A stretch of DNA of 64,000 bases from Octopus sinensis (taxonomy: Eukaryota), in assembly GCF_006345805.1 (NCBI RefSeq), contig NC_043018.1, positions 24,490,001 through 24,554,000 of the forward strand, given 5' to 3'. Shown piece after piece: positions 1-12,709 of the stretch. Every line of letters starts with the position of its first letter. Within the stretch, counting starts at the first letter, position 1. The notes below the pieces were generated by a model that had not been told where the DNA came from, searched no databases, and saw only the letters and a program-made list of their open reading frames with translations. Both the position numbers and the translations under genes were made by a program.

Positions 1-160
1 ACTCAACTGGTACTTATTTTATCAGTCCCTCTACCAACAAAAGGATGAAAGGCAAAGTCGACCCCAGCAGCATTTGAACTCGGAATGCAAAGTTGGAAGA
101 AATGCCACTAAGCAATTTTTCCAGTGCGAACAGTTCTGCCAATTCTCCGCCTTAGTATAA
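1..160 (-). mobile_element. SINE family B fragment (my label)
   Basis: Reverse complement of the recurring core GAGTTCAAAT..GTCGACTTTGCCTTTCATCCTTT..GATAAAATAAGTACCAGT, seen more than 10 times in the window. Confidence 0.8.
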
Positions 161-185
161 CAACAACAACAATAATAATAATATT

Positions 186-885
186 GGTTTCAAATTTTGG
201 CACAAGGCCAGCAACTTTTGGGGGAGTGGGTCAGTTGATTTCATCACCCCCCAGTACTCAACTGGTACTTATTTTGTCTCCGAAAGGATGAAAAGCAAAG
301 CTGACCTAGGCAGGATTTGAACTCAGAATGTAGTGAGATACTGCTATTCATTTTGTCCACATGCTAATGATTCTGCCAGCTTGCTTTAATGATAATAATA
401 ATAATGATAATTCTTTATACTATAGGCACAAGGCCTGAAATTTTTGGGGAGGAGGATAGCCAAATAACTCTGATCCCTGTACTCAACTGGTACTTATTTT
501 GTCTCCGAAAGGATGAAAAGCAAAGCTGACCTAGGCAGGATTTGAACTCAGAACATAATGACCTGGAAGAAAAACTGCAAAATGTTTTTGACTAATGCTT
601 TAATGATTCTGCTCATCAATAATAATAATAATAATAATATAATAATAATAATAATAATAATATAATAATAATAATATAATAATAATAATAATATAATAAT
701 AATAATAATATAATAATAATAATAATAATATAATAATAATAATATAATAATAATAATAATATTGGTTTCAAATTTTGGCACAAGGCCAGCAACTTTTGGG
801 GGAGTGGGTCAGTTGATTTCATCACCCCCCAGTACTCAACTGGTACTTATTTTGTCTCCGAAAGGATGAAAAGCAAAGCTGACGA
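186..885 (-). repeat. Local tandem array of SINE-B-derived units
   Basis: About 186-305 is repeated at about 763-882. The variant TTATTTTGTCTCCGAAAGG is shared by three units. Confidence 0.8.
618..770. repeat. (TAA)n microsatellite
   Basis: Directly visible; it explains the poly-I/L/Y ORFs. Confidence 0.97.
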
Positions 886-1684
886 AGGTTGTGTGTGTGT
901 GCATGTGTGTCACAATTGCATTTCGGTGATTTGTCATTCTCTCTCTCTATCTCTCCCTTTTTCTGATGTCTTGTCATTTTAGTCTCGTTTCAAGACATCC
1001 AACGACATTGTTGAGTCACACATTAAGTGGTTCGACCACTTAATCACTTGTCACAGGCCCTCCTCTAAGCTGCTACCATCACCATCACTTCCTCCCTCCT
1101 TCCCCACGCCCACACACCACCAGCAGCACTTTTGTTGTTGCCAGTGCCAAACTTAAAGAAATGGCTTTTCATAAAACTTGCATTGTTCCAAATGTAGTAT
1201 AAAATTTGCCACAAAATCAATGTTGTTTGTTTGTCTTTCTCTCTCTTGTCTTTCTTGCTCTTCTGCTTCTTTTATTTGTCCAAAGTTCATAGCTGGCTCA
1301 GTACAATAGGACAACAACAGAGCCACCATGGGGATTCAGTTCATTCATTCAATATCACACTCCCACCCTATTACATCAGTAAAGTGCAATGTTCTGGATG
1401 AATGGATGGATGGATAGATAGAAAGATAAACAGACAGACAGATAAGAATGTTGTTGACAGTGCCTTTGAAGTTTTTACCAATTAAGCAATGATGATGGCT
1501 TAACTGGCCAAAACTTCAAAGTTACTGTCAACAACATCCTTGTATAAGAATGATAAATTTGTACTCTACAAAAGTATAGAGTGACCCATCGGATTAATGT
1601 AAAATTTTTTTTATTATAACATAAAAACAAGCATTAAGACACATACACACACACATATATACATACACACACACACACATACAT

Positions 1685-1719
<35 letters not shown>

Positions 1720-1720
1720 G

Positions 1721-1752
<32 letters not shown>

Positions 1753-1985
1753 TCCAGTCTGATCTGGCAGTGTTTCTACGGCTGGATGCCCTTCCTAACA
1801 CCAACCACTCTGAGTGTGTAGTGGGTGCTTTTTACGTGCCACCGGCACAGGGGCCAGAGGAGGCTGGCAAACGGCCACAATCGGATGGTGCTCTTTACAT
1901 TTCACCGACACAGATACCAGTCAGGTGGCGCTAGCATCAGCCACGTTCGGATGATGCTTTTTACATGCCACCGGCACTGGTATCA
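1753..1985 (-). mobile_element. SINE family K 3' part
   Basis: Motif GGCTGGATGCCCTTCCTAACACCAACCACTC. Other copies at 6985-7200(+), 17650-17810(+), 35915-36190(-), 37990-38410(+), 56360-56505(-). Confidence 0.75.
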
Positions 1986-2189
1986 TAACTACAATTTCCA
2001 CCGTTTAGTTTTTTTACCTGTTTCAGTCATTGAACTGGAGCCATGCTGGAGCATCACCTTCAAAGGTTTAAGTTGGTCAAAATGAACCTTAGTGCTTTGT
2101 TTTATGTCTGGTCCTTCTATGAATCTCTGTTTTAGGGAATCACTAAATTAAGGGAGATATTATTCCCTGGTTTCCATGCCTCACATATG

Positions 2190-2480
2190 ATACACATTCC
2201 CAATTTTTTCTCCAAATCCCTAGAATACCTTGGGACTTACGAAACAAGTTCTATATTACTCAAAATGTATGAAACAAGGGTTAACTAAGTCTGAGGACAA
2301 GCATGGGTCCTTATTGGATAGGCAAAGGGTAAAAAATCAGAATTCCTCATAGAATGAGGTGAGAGAAAAATACAAGCAGAAGGATTAATATTACTTAAAT
2401 TTTATCTTTGGAGTAAACACAAGGATAACTCCAGACAAGTTTCAGTCTTATTAAACCTCTTCAGCAAAGCATAGACGTTT
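2190..2480 (-). mobile_element. Decayed Penelope-like terminal repeat with hammerhead motif
   Basis: Diverged homologue of the left part at about 54490-54630. The minus strand reads CTGAAGA-stem-GAAACTTGTC at 2429-2469. Confidence 0.45.
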
Positions 2481-2999
2481 CCATAGTAGCCAGTTTGGAG
2501 ATAAAAGAATCACTAGGGATACACAATTATCATTTCTATTGTAGGTACAGGGCTTGAAATTTTTTGGGTGGTGGGTACTAGTCGATTACATCAACCCCAA
2601 AAGGAGGAAAGGTGAAATTGACCTTGGTAGTTTGAAATCAGAATATAAAGATGGGCAAAATGTTACTAAGCATTTTGTCCAGTATGCTAATGATCCTACC
2701 AGCCTTACTATGGATGCACAATTATGCCACAATGATTATGCCAACTGTTGGTATGACAAACATTTCTCTGATGAAAGGCCCTTCCTAAAATGTCAAATAT
2801 CTTTTATTTCTCCTGGTACCAAGTAATTTACTTTGGTTTTTGTGAATGCTGTTAACGTAAGGTCAGTCAATCCCTGGAATATATAATAAATTTGATAATT
2901 AGTGCCGGAGACACGAAATTACCAAATTACAATAATCCATGGAGAGGAATGGTAGACAGCATGTTATACAGCGGTTGGATTCGTTCTATGATATATGGA

Positions 3000-3064
3000 C
3001 ATATGCACACACACACATATATATATATGCCCACACATCTATACACACACACACACACACATCT

Positions 3065-3099
<35 letters not shown>

Positions 3100-3200
3100 C
3101 ACATGCACACACAAAGATATACAAAAAGTCACGCACACAATTGGACAGTCATATAGATACTGATAGCTACATAGGGAGGGAGGGAGGGAGGGAGATACAC

Positions 3201-3231
<31 letters not shown>

Positions 3232-3900
3232 CAGAGTTGCAAATGTCTACATACAAATACACCTACATAAATACATGTACACAACTGCACACACACACAC
3301 ACAAGACACACAAATAAACACATACACAAAACAAAAAATGTCACATATACACTGATAGATACAGACACACACACACACACACATTGACAGACACATGGAC
3401 ACATACACACACAACTGCACACACATGTCTACACATAAATATATCTAGACACACACACACACACCCATTGAGTTACATACAAACCTCTACATCTGCTCAT
3501 ATCCATATATGCACATACATTTACACGTGCATGCACATATACATGCACACACGCATCTACACTCACACACAAATGCAAGCATATCTACCGATACACACAC
3601 ATACATAGACACTAGCATATATATATATACACATACACAAACACACACATGCACACACAATTACTGTCGTCTACCTTGCATGAACACACACACATTATCA
3701 GCCCACATGGCTCTTAACATTTAAAAGCAACAATCATGAAAAGCTGAGAAAAATTATTGCCATCACAACAAAAATTACTATGAAATTACTATCACACACA
3801 CACATACGCATACACACACACACACACAAATATACACACACATATACACACATGCACATATACACACATGTATATACACACACATACATATCCACATATA
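3000..3900. repeat. Compound (CA)/(TA) microsatellite region
   Basis: Directly visible. Confidence 0.95.
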
Positions 3901-4275
3901 TACTCTTTTACTCTTTTACTTGTTTCAGTCATTTGACTGCGGCCATGCTGGAGCACCGCCTTTAGTCGAGCAAATCAACCCTGGGACTTATTCTTTGTAA
4001 GCCCAGTACTTATTCTATCGGTCTCTTTTGCCGAACCGCTAAGTGACGGGGACGTAAACACACCAGCATCGGTTGTCAAGCAATGCTAGGGGGACAAACA
4101 CACACACACATACATATATATATATACGACAGGCTTCTTTCAGTTTCCGTCTACCAAATCCACTCACAAGGCATTGGTCGGCCCGGGGCTATAGCAGAAG
4201 ACATTTGCCCAAGATGTCACGCAATGGGACTGAACCCGGAACCATGTGGTTGGTTAGCAAGCTACTTACCACACA
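3901..4275 (-). mobile_element. tRNA-derived SINE family A
   Basis: Tail (TACTCTTT)n reverse-complemented; B box GGTTCAGTCCC on the minus strand; near-identical to many other copies. Confidence 0.9.
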
Positions 4276-4727
4276 CACACAACACACATAAATATCCACA
4301 TATATATATATATATATACACATACACATACACACACAACACGCACATAAACACACACATACATATCCACACATACACACACACACATATATATATATAC
4401 ACACACACACCCACACCATACACATACACAATCCTTAAAGCAGAACAGAGAAAATAAACAGCAAGAATTCCAAAATTCTCCATGCATCTCTACATTGTGA
4501 TGTTTCTTTCTAAGTTACAAAGACGGGGGCTTTAATTCTCGGCTGCACTCCAATTCCTTTAAAGGAAAAAAGTTAAAACCCTTTCGCAGCAGAAATGACA
4601 GATATCCTCTCAAAATTTCACTACCTTTAATTGTACAAAACAGTTTTAATTCTATCCCCTACAAAAAGTAATGAGTAATCCTTCAGTTTAATGGAAAACT
4701 GCTCTTTTTATAACTCAACATAAAAAC

Positions 4728-5068
4728 AAGGTGCATGGATCAGTGGTTAGAGCACTGGGCTCACAATCATGAGGTAGTGAGTTCGATCCCTGGACCAGGC
4801 TGTGTGTTTTGTTCTTGAGCAAGATACTTTATTTCAGATTGCTCCATTTCCCTTAGCTGTAGAAATGTATTGTGGTATCACTGGTGCCAAGCTGGATCAG
4901 CCCCTTTGCCTTTCCCTTGGATAGCATCAGAGATGAGCAGAGGGGTGGCTGGTGTACAGGGATGACTGCTGGTCTTCCATAAAACAACCTTGCCTGGACT
5001 TGTGCCCTATTGGGTAACTTTCTTGGTGCAATCCTATAGTCATTCATGACCGAAGGGGCTCTTTACCC
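4728..5068 (+). mobile_element. tRNA-derived CORE-like SINE family C
   Basis: A box TGGATCAGTGG and B box GAGTTCGATCCC, followed by TTCTTGAGCAAGATACTT, which resembles the CORE domain. Confidence 0.85.
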
Positions 5069-5104
5069 TTTATATTCACATACATTTATATATGTATATC
5101 TATT

Positions 5105-5860
5105 CACTGATGTACATATATACATATATATACACACATATATATACATATATATACACATATATATATACACACACACATATATATACACATATATATA
5201 TATACACACACACATATACATATATACACACACACATATACATATATATACACACACACACATATATATACACACACACACATATACATATACATATACA
5301 CACACACACACATATACATATATACACACACACACATATACATATATACACACACACACATATACATATATATATACACACACACACATATACATATATA
5401 TATACACACACACACATATACATATACACACACATATACATATATATATACACACACATATACATATATATACACACACACATATACATATATATACACA
5501 CACACATATATATATATATATATACACACACATATATATATATATATATATACACACACATATACATATATATATATATACACACACATACATATATATA
5601 TATATACACACACATATACATATATATATATATACACACACATATACATATATATATATACACACACATATACATATATATATATACACACACACATATA
5701 CATATATATATATACACACACACATATACATATATATATATACACACACACATATATATATATATATACACACACATATACATATATATATATACACACA
5801 CATATATATATACACACACACATATATATATATACACACACAACACACACATATATATAA
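5105..5860. repeat. Compound (TA)/(CA) microsatellite
   Basis: Directly visible; source of the Y/I/H/T ORFs. Confidence 0.97.
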
Positions 5861-5954
5861 CGGGAAGGTTTATGAAAATAAACAAAAGACGAAGGCAGGT
5901 GGAGTACAAACAAACAATTGTATTAGTATGGCGCTCAGGAATAGAAATAAAACA

Positions 5955-6165
5955 TGTATATAGGCACAAGACCTGAAAGATTTGGGAGGAGATTAAGTCG
6001 ATTAGATCAACCCCAGTATGCTATTGGTACTTAATTTATCGACCCTGAAAGAATAAAAGGCAAAGTCGACTTCAGTGGAATTTGAACTCAGAACATAAAG
6101 ACAGACAAAATACTGCTAAGCCTTTCACTCAGTGTGCTAACGTTTCTGCCAGTTTGCCACCTTAA
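5955..6165 (-). mobile_element. SINE family B
   Basis: Family core and the 5' end GGCAAACTGGCAGAAACGTTAGC on the minus strand. Confidence 0.85.
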
Positions 6166-6169
6166 TATA

Positions 6170-6574
6170 TACTCTTTTACTCTTTTACTTGTTTCAGTCA
6201 TTTGACTGCGGCCATGCTGGAGCACCGCCTTTAGTCGAGCAAATCAACCCCGGGACTTATTCTTTGTAAGCCCAGTACTTATTCTATCGGTCTCTTTTGC
6301 CGAACCGCTAAGTGACGGGGACGTAAACACACCAGCATCGGTTGTCAAGCAATGCTAGGGGGACAAACTCAGACACACAAACATATACACACACACTTAT
6401 ATATATATATATACGATAGGCTTCTTTCAGTTTCCGTCTACCAAATCCACTCACAAGGCTTTGGTCGGCCCGAGGCTATAATAGAAGACACTTGCCCAAG
6501 GTGCCACGTACTGGGACTGAACCTGGAACCATGTGGTTGGCAAGTAAGCTACTTACCACACAGCCACTTCTGCA

Positions 6575-6577
<3 letters not shown>
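6170..6577 (-). mobile_element. SINE family A, full length
   Basis: Head (A and B boxes) and tail both present. Confidence 0.9.
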
Positions 6578-6610
<33 letters not shown>

Positions 6611-6644
6611 GTGTGTGATTGTGTATGTATATATGTTGTATGTA

Positions 6645-6709
<65 letters not shown>

Positions 6710-7496
6710 AGCTATACTTCGTTGTTGGAAACCTGGTTATTTATATGAAGAATTGTAGTGAAGAGGCAAGAACTCATACACTCAGCCACCCACCCATCAT
6801 TGACAACAACAACCCAAGATCTAAAAAATCAAATTACTTGAAGATTTTTGATTAGGAGATTGACAAGAATCTGTGCATGCAATTGTGTGCATGTGAATGC
6901 GTGTGTATATATGTGCATTATGCAGGTATGTATACATGTTTATAGCTGTATGTATAGGTATGTGTATGTATGTATATATATAAAAACGATTTTTTGTGGC
7001 TGTTGCCAGTAACGCCTGACAGGCCTTCGTGCCGGTGGCATGTAAAAGCACCCACTACACTCCTCTCGGAGTGGTTGGCATTAAGAAGGGCATCCATCTG
7101 TAGAAACTCTGCCAGATCAAGATTGGACCTTGGTGCAGCCATCTGGTTCGCCAGTCCTCAGTCAAATCGTCCAAGTGGATGTTAAACAATGATGATGATG
7201 ATATCATGTGTGTAAATAAATATATATATACATATACTGTTTCATGACTGAAAATTCAACAAAAGAGAACTCCATCTGGTGGGAGATAAATATTAAAAGA
7301 CATGTATTGTGTCCTTTAAATAACTAATATCATCCTGTAAATAATAATAATGGTAGTTTTATATAAGCTTAAAGCTTATGTCGATCACCGTGCAATGACT
7401 AAGGAAAATAGAAGGCTTTCCTATCCATGTGGGAGTCAAGCCCATATCCCTTTGTTAATGCGACTGTGTTTAAAAAAAAACATTCATGATGAAAAC

Positions 7497-7537
<41 letters not shown>

Positions 7538-7613
7538 TTTGCATGTTTATATATGTACATATATGTAAATGCATGGGTGTGTAGGTATGTGTATGTATGT
7601 ATATATGAATGCA

Positions 7614-8514
7614 TACTCTCTTTTACTTGTTTCAGTCATTTGACTGCGGCCATGCTGGAGCATCGCCTTTAGTCGAGCAAATCGACCCCGGGACTTATTC
7701 TTTGTAAGCCCAGTACTTATTCTATCGGTCTCTTTTGCCGAACTGCTAAGTGACGGGGATGTAAACACACCAGCATCAGTTGTCAAGCAATGCTAGGGGG
7801 ACAAACACAGACACACAAACACACACACATAGATATGTATATATATATACATATATACGACGGGCTTCTTTCAGTTTCCGTCTACCAAATCCACTCACAA
7901 GGCATTGGTCGGCCCGGAGCTATAGCAGAAGACACTTGCCCAAGATGCCACACAGTGGGACTGAACCTGGAACCATGTGGTTGGTTAGCAAGCTACTTAC
8001 CACACAGCCACTCCTGCGCCTATGTATGTATTCTTTTATTTGTTTCAGTCTTTTGACTGCGGCTGTGCTGGAGCACCGCCCTGAGGAGTTTTAGTCAAAT
8101 TGACCCCCAGGACCTATTTTTTAAGCCTTCTACTAATTCTTTTGCTCTCTTTTGCCAAATGGCTAAGTTACACCAGTTGTCAAGTGGTGGTGGAAGGACA
8201 AACATAGACACAAAGACACACACGATAGGCTTCTTTCAGTTTCCATCTCCCAAATCCACTCATATGGCTTTGGTCATATGACAACAAGCGTAGAAGACAC
8301 TTGTCCAAGGTGCCACTCAGTGGGACTGAACTTGGAATCATCTGGTTGGGAAGCAAGCTTCTTACCACACAGCCACACCTGTGCCTATATGCATGAGTAT
8401 GTTTGAAATATATATATATATATATATTCTCTCTTTTTCTCTCTTTTACTTGTTTTACCAGCATCGGTTGTCAAGCAATGCTAGGGGGACAAATACAGAC
8501 ACACAAACACATAC

Positions 8515-8574
<60 letters not shown>

Positions 8575-8738
8575 TACGACAGGCTTCTTTCAGTTTCCGT
8601 CTACCAAATCCACTCACAAGGCATTGGTCAGCCCGGGGCTATAGCAGAAGACACTTGCCCAAGATGCCACGCAGTGGGACTGAACCCGGAACCATGTGGT
8701 TGGTTAGCAAGCTACTTACCACACAGCCACTCCTGCAC
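7614..8738 (-). mobile_element. Three adjacent SINE-A copies (7614-8021, 8035-8388 decayed, 8440-8738 internally deleted)
   Basis: Family similarity visible by eye. Confidence 0.88.
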
Positions 8739-9399
8739 CATATATATATATGTGTATGTATGTATGTATGTGTATATATATACTTTTATATGTTGTGTGT
8801 GTATGTGTGTAACACCATAGACTATGATATGTCCTTTCCAAAGTACAAATTTATGCAAAAAGTAAATTTGATGAACTAACGACATTTAAAGAAAACAAAA
8901 TCAATAGTACAAAACAAAACAAACACAAATAAGACAACAAAAATCCACCATCCTCACTTCCACTCACCCACCCACTCACCCAATCCAACAGATTGCCACG
9001 AAGTCGTTCCACTGCCACCCTGGTACACTCTGACCTCTGGCCCATGGATGTATCATCTCTGCTCTCGGCTGTTTGTAGAACCACTATAGTTGGAGTTTTA
9101 CACTTCTGCAAACCGGACGCTCTTTCATATCACCTCTAAGATATACTAGTTACCATACCCCAACTTCACATCATCCATATTGTGTACACCACTCCAGGCC
9201 CTGCATTTAACAACTACTATATATATAATCCCTAGTCCTTCTTCACCACCAATGTTATCCCACTGGAATTCCTTCTTTTCACTTTTGTTTGTCTTTATTT
9301 TGTTTTGTTTTACTGAAGTTGATGAAAAAAAGCATTAAAACATCGAGGGAATCAATCTCACTGACTCCAGAGGAACTACAAGGGTCAAGAGCATAACCC

Positions 9400-9640
9400 T
9401 TAACTCTATGGAACCCTTTTTGCTTATGGAACCCCTTTGATTCGTATTTTACTCTGGGGGACCCTCACAGCCATTCAATGCTTTTATAAAGAAATATTAT
9501 TAGGAATTGCATTAAAAAAAAAGTCCTAAAATGTTTTTAGTTTTGTAGAAGTATAACTGATTTATTGCAGATAAATTTTAACAACAGAATCTTATATGGG
9601 ACCCCTAAGGGTCATGTGGATCCCGGTTGAGAACCACTAT
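9400..9640. mobile_element. hAT-type MITE fragment
   Basis: Ends in GGTTGAGAACCACT. Related copies carry the termini (CAG)GG(A/T)TTCTCAACC...GGTTGAGAACCCCTG at 54740-54985, 55045-55875 and 63147-63460. Confidence 0.65.
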
Positions 9641-9949
9641 TTTAGAACAATAAAAAGAAAATAATCAAAAAAGAAAGAAAAAGCAGAAGGAAACTACCTC
9701 AGTGAGTCTGTGTTGCTTGACTTGCTAGAAATAGAAGTCACTGACCCATTCATCCTTAAATGACACCTAATACCTTAATTTATTTATTTATTTATTTATT
9801 TTGTACATGAACATTCTATACTCAATAGCATAGTCTTCAATATACAGAATGACATGACATGATGATCATGGTTGGAATGCCTTTGATCATAGGTCTACTC
9901 AATCAGAGATGACCTGGGGTTAAACAACAACCACCACTTCTACAACACC

Positions 9950-10185
9950 ACCATCACAAACAACAAACACCATGACCACTACCACCCCTACAGTAGCTCC
10001 CTAAAATGACAACAATATTAGGGAGCTAGAGCAGCTCCCAAATATGACAACAATGCCAAGAGCAACCCCTTATATAATGACAACAATACCAAGTGTAACC
10101 TTAATGTAACAACAACAATACCAAAAGCTGCCCCTAATACAATGACAATATTGTTGAGAATAACCCCTAATATAACAATGAGGTC
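9950..10185. repeat. Degenerate minisatellite, period about 36 bp
   Basis: Recurring ATGACAACAAT...CCCTAA units. Confidence 0.6.
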
Positions 10186-10190
10186 CTTAC

Positions 10191-10233
10191 CATTTATATC
10201 GTAGCCTGAGGATGTAGTCCCTGTTTCACCCAT
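10191..10233 (-). CDS. Candidate first coding segment of an unidentified gene (MGETGTTSSGYDIN, phase-1 donor)
   Basis: Minus strand GGCCATGG start context, 43 coding nt, then G|GTAAGG donor. A long polypyrimidine tract ending in CCACAG provides an acceptor at 10454. No homology recognised. Confidence 0.35.
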
Positions 10234-10302
10234 GGCCTTCCTCCTTAGTCACTTTGTTGGTTACTTAACGAGCATGGATTAGATTTTTTAAAAATATACC
10301 AG

Positions 10303-10321
10303 TGCCACCAGAGGGCGGCAG
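10303..10321 (+). promoter_or_regulatory. CTCF-like motif
   Basis: TGCCACCAGAGGGCGGCAG closely matches the CCACYAGRKGGCRS consensus and lies in a CpG-rich unique patch. Confidence 0.5.
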
Positions 10322-10640
10322 TGCTGCTACTGCGCGGCACGACGCCGCAATAAACTTGTCTCTCGATCTTAGCTAGATATGAGTCACAGTATGTGGTTAT
10401 ATATGTGTGTGTATATGCGCGTGTATATATGTGTGTGTGTGTGTGTGTGTTTTCTGTGGATAGAAGAAACAACGAGAGAGGAGGAGTGAGAAACAAAGAA
10501 GAGAAAGAAAAGAAAGAAGAAAAAATATATTGCTTGCAAAGGAGCGTTGTTGTCCAGACAATTGATAGGAAATGCTAATGGAATAAACGACACTATGGTG
10601 AGGAGAGAGAGAGAGAGAGAGGATAAGAAACAAGAGAAGA

Positions 10641-10671
<31 letters not shown>

Positions 10672-12229
10672 GAGTGGATCTTCAATTGATTGGATGTGAG
10701 TGTTCGCAAGAATTGTAAATATAACGCCTTGGTAACCACTGGTCTGCGAGATATATATACATATACATACGTACATATATTCCTACACACAACATATATT
10801 GATATACATACATACATTTATGTGTGTGTAAGCCTGTATTTATTTACATATATACACACATACATATATGCATGCATGCTTATGCACGGATTCACGCAGT
10901 AATAGATATATTACACACACATATACAGATACATATGGCCATACTATTTCATATACATGTGTGTTGCAAGCCTGTCTATACACATACATACATGCACAGA
11001 TTGACACAGTAATACAGATATAGATATCACACACACGCAAACTTGTATATCCATACATTTTCATACATACATGTGTGTGTAGAAGTCTCTCTATACACCT
11101 ACACGTTTACACATATACATACACAGATTGACAATAATACACACACATACATACACATATACCCATACAGATCAACACAGTAATACATACATATATATAT
11201 ACATACATACATACATATATATATATATGTATCTCACATGTATATATACTCACACATACATGTATATACATACACGTGTGTGTGTGTGTGTATGAGAGAG
11301 AGCGAGCAAGCCTGTCTAAACACACACACACACACACACACGTATGCACGCACACACACGCACACATCCATACATACAGGCATGCATACACATAGATTGG
11401 CACAGTGATACAGTTATGATCAGAGAAAAATACACTGATGGGTGGTGTGTCTGAGTGACCAGTGTCCATGGTGCCTCTCTCTCTCCTCCCTACCCCCACA
11501 ATCCTCATCCTCCTCACCATCATCCCCCCACTCCCCACCCCCACCCCACCCCCCAATCCACATTTTCCTTTTAATTGATTCACACAACCAGAAAATCACA
11601 AAAACAAGGATGAGCAGGGGTGGGTGGGGTGGGGGGTTTGGGGGGGGGGCGTTGGGAGTGGTGATGAACTGGGAACACAAACAGTTACAGGAACATTAAC
11701 AACAACAACATCAATAGCAACAGCAGCAACAACTGTAACAATAAAAATAACAAGAATAAGTCCTGGGGTCGATTCCTTTGACTAAAACCCTTTAAGGCGG
11801 TGCTCCAGCTTGGCTGCAGTCAAATGACTGAAACAAGTAAAAGAATAAAAGAATAAGATTGCTGTAATTGTTATTGTTACAACAGCCTCCACGTGGCCAT
11901 GCAGTCTGCTAGAAATAGCAAGCAAATCTCCCTTGATATATCTTAACAACATTGAAAAGTGAAGGACACATGAAATAATGTAGTCGATAGTCATTGATAT
12001 GCAATGTTGGAATGGTTATGGCTGGATTGCTTTTGATCATAGTGTCTGCTGAGTCAGAATTGAGTTAGGGTTAAAACAACACTATCCATTAACAAAACTC
12101 CATGAATGGACAAAGGAACATGCTAGAAATAGCATCCAAATCTTTCTAAAATCACACACTTCCAGCTTGGAAAAGAAGGTCAACTTGGATATGTGGTCCA
12201 GGGTTCAGTAGAAGGAAGGTAAAGTTACC

Positions 12230-12445
12230 TTCTCGAGTCATGTCAACTCATAAGGCTGGTTTCCTGGTTTCATGGTGTATATATTCCCCTCCTGGATGGG
12301 ACGTCAGTCCCTTGCAGGGTAACTCATTTTTACCAGCTGAGTTGACCAGAGCAATGTGAAATGAAGTGTTTTGTGCAAGAACACATGTTGACTGGTCCAG
12401 GAATCGAACCACAATCTTACGATCATGAGTCCAACATCTTAACCA
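12230..12445 (-). mobile_element. SINE family C-related
   Basis: Reverse complement of the tRNA head plus CORE-like segment. Confidence 0.75.
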
Positions 12446-12709
12446 CTAAGCCATGCACCCTCACCAGCAGAGGGAAGCCAGGACCATGTCAGGGATGGTT
12501 GTGGTGGAATGTCTTTGGTCTCAAGTCGACTCAATCAGAACTGACCCGGGGCTAAACAACAACAACCATTTAGATAACATGGTCAATGAGAAAAGCCTCA
12601 AAATGGTCACACGACTTGTTAGAAATAGCAGCCAGATCTTCTACAAATCACACTTAAGTATTTTAAACAAGAGAATAATTTGAATAATATAGTCCTAGAT
12701 ATACTATTC

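Noticed and set aside
1322-1331. Perfect Kozak sequence GCCACCATGG
   Set aside because: The ORF is only 29 codons with no convincing donor; a vertebrate-type Kozak match can occur by chance.
2766-2800. CTGATGAAAGG..CCTAAAATGTC as another hammerhead
   Set aside because: GAAA is absent and the stems are only about 3 bp; too decayed to support without a family consensus.
2554-2826. 90-aa ORF
   Set aside because: Its first half is a decayed SINE-B; no recognisable domain.
7270-7284. CCCACCAGATGGAG as a CTCF site
   Set aside because: It lacks the conserved GGC 3' end and is equally explained as an E-box or chance.
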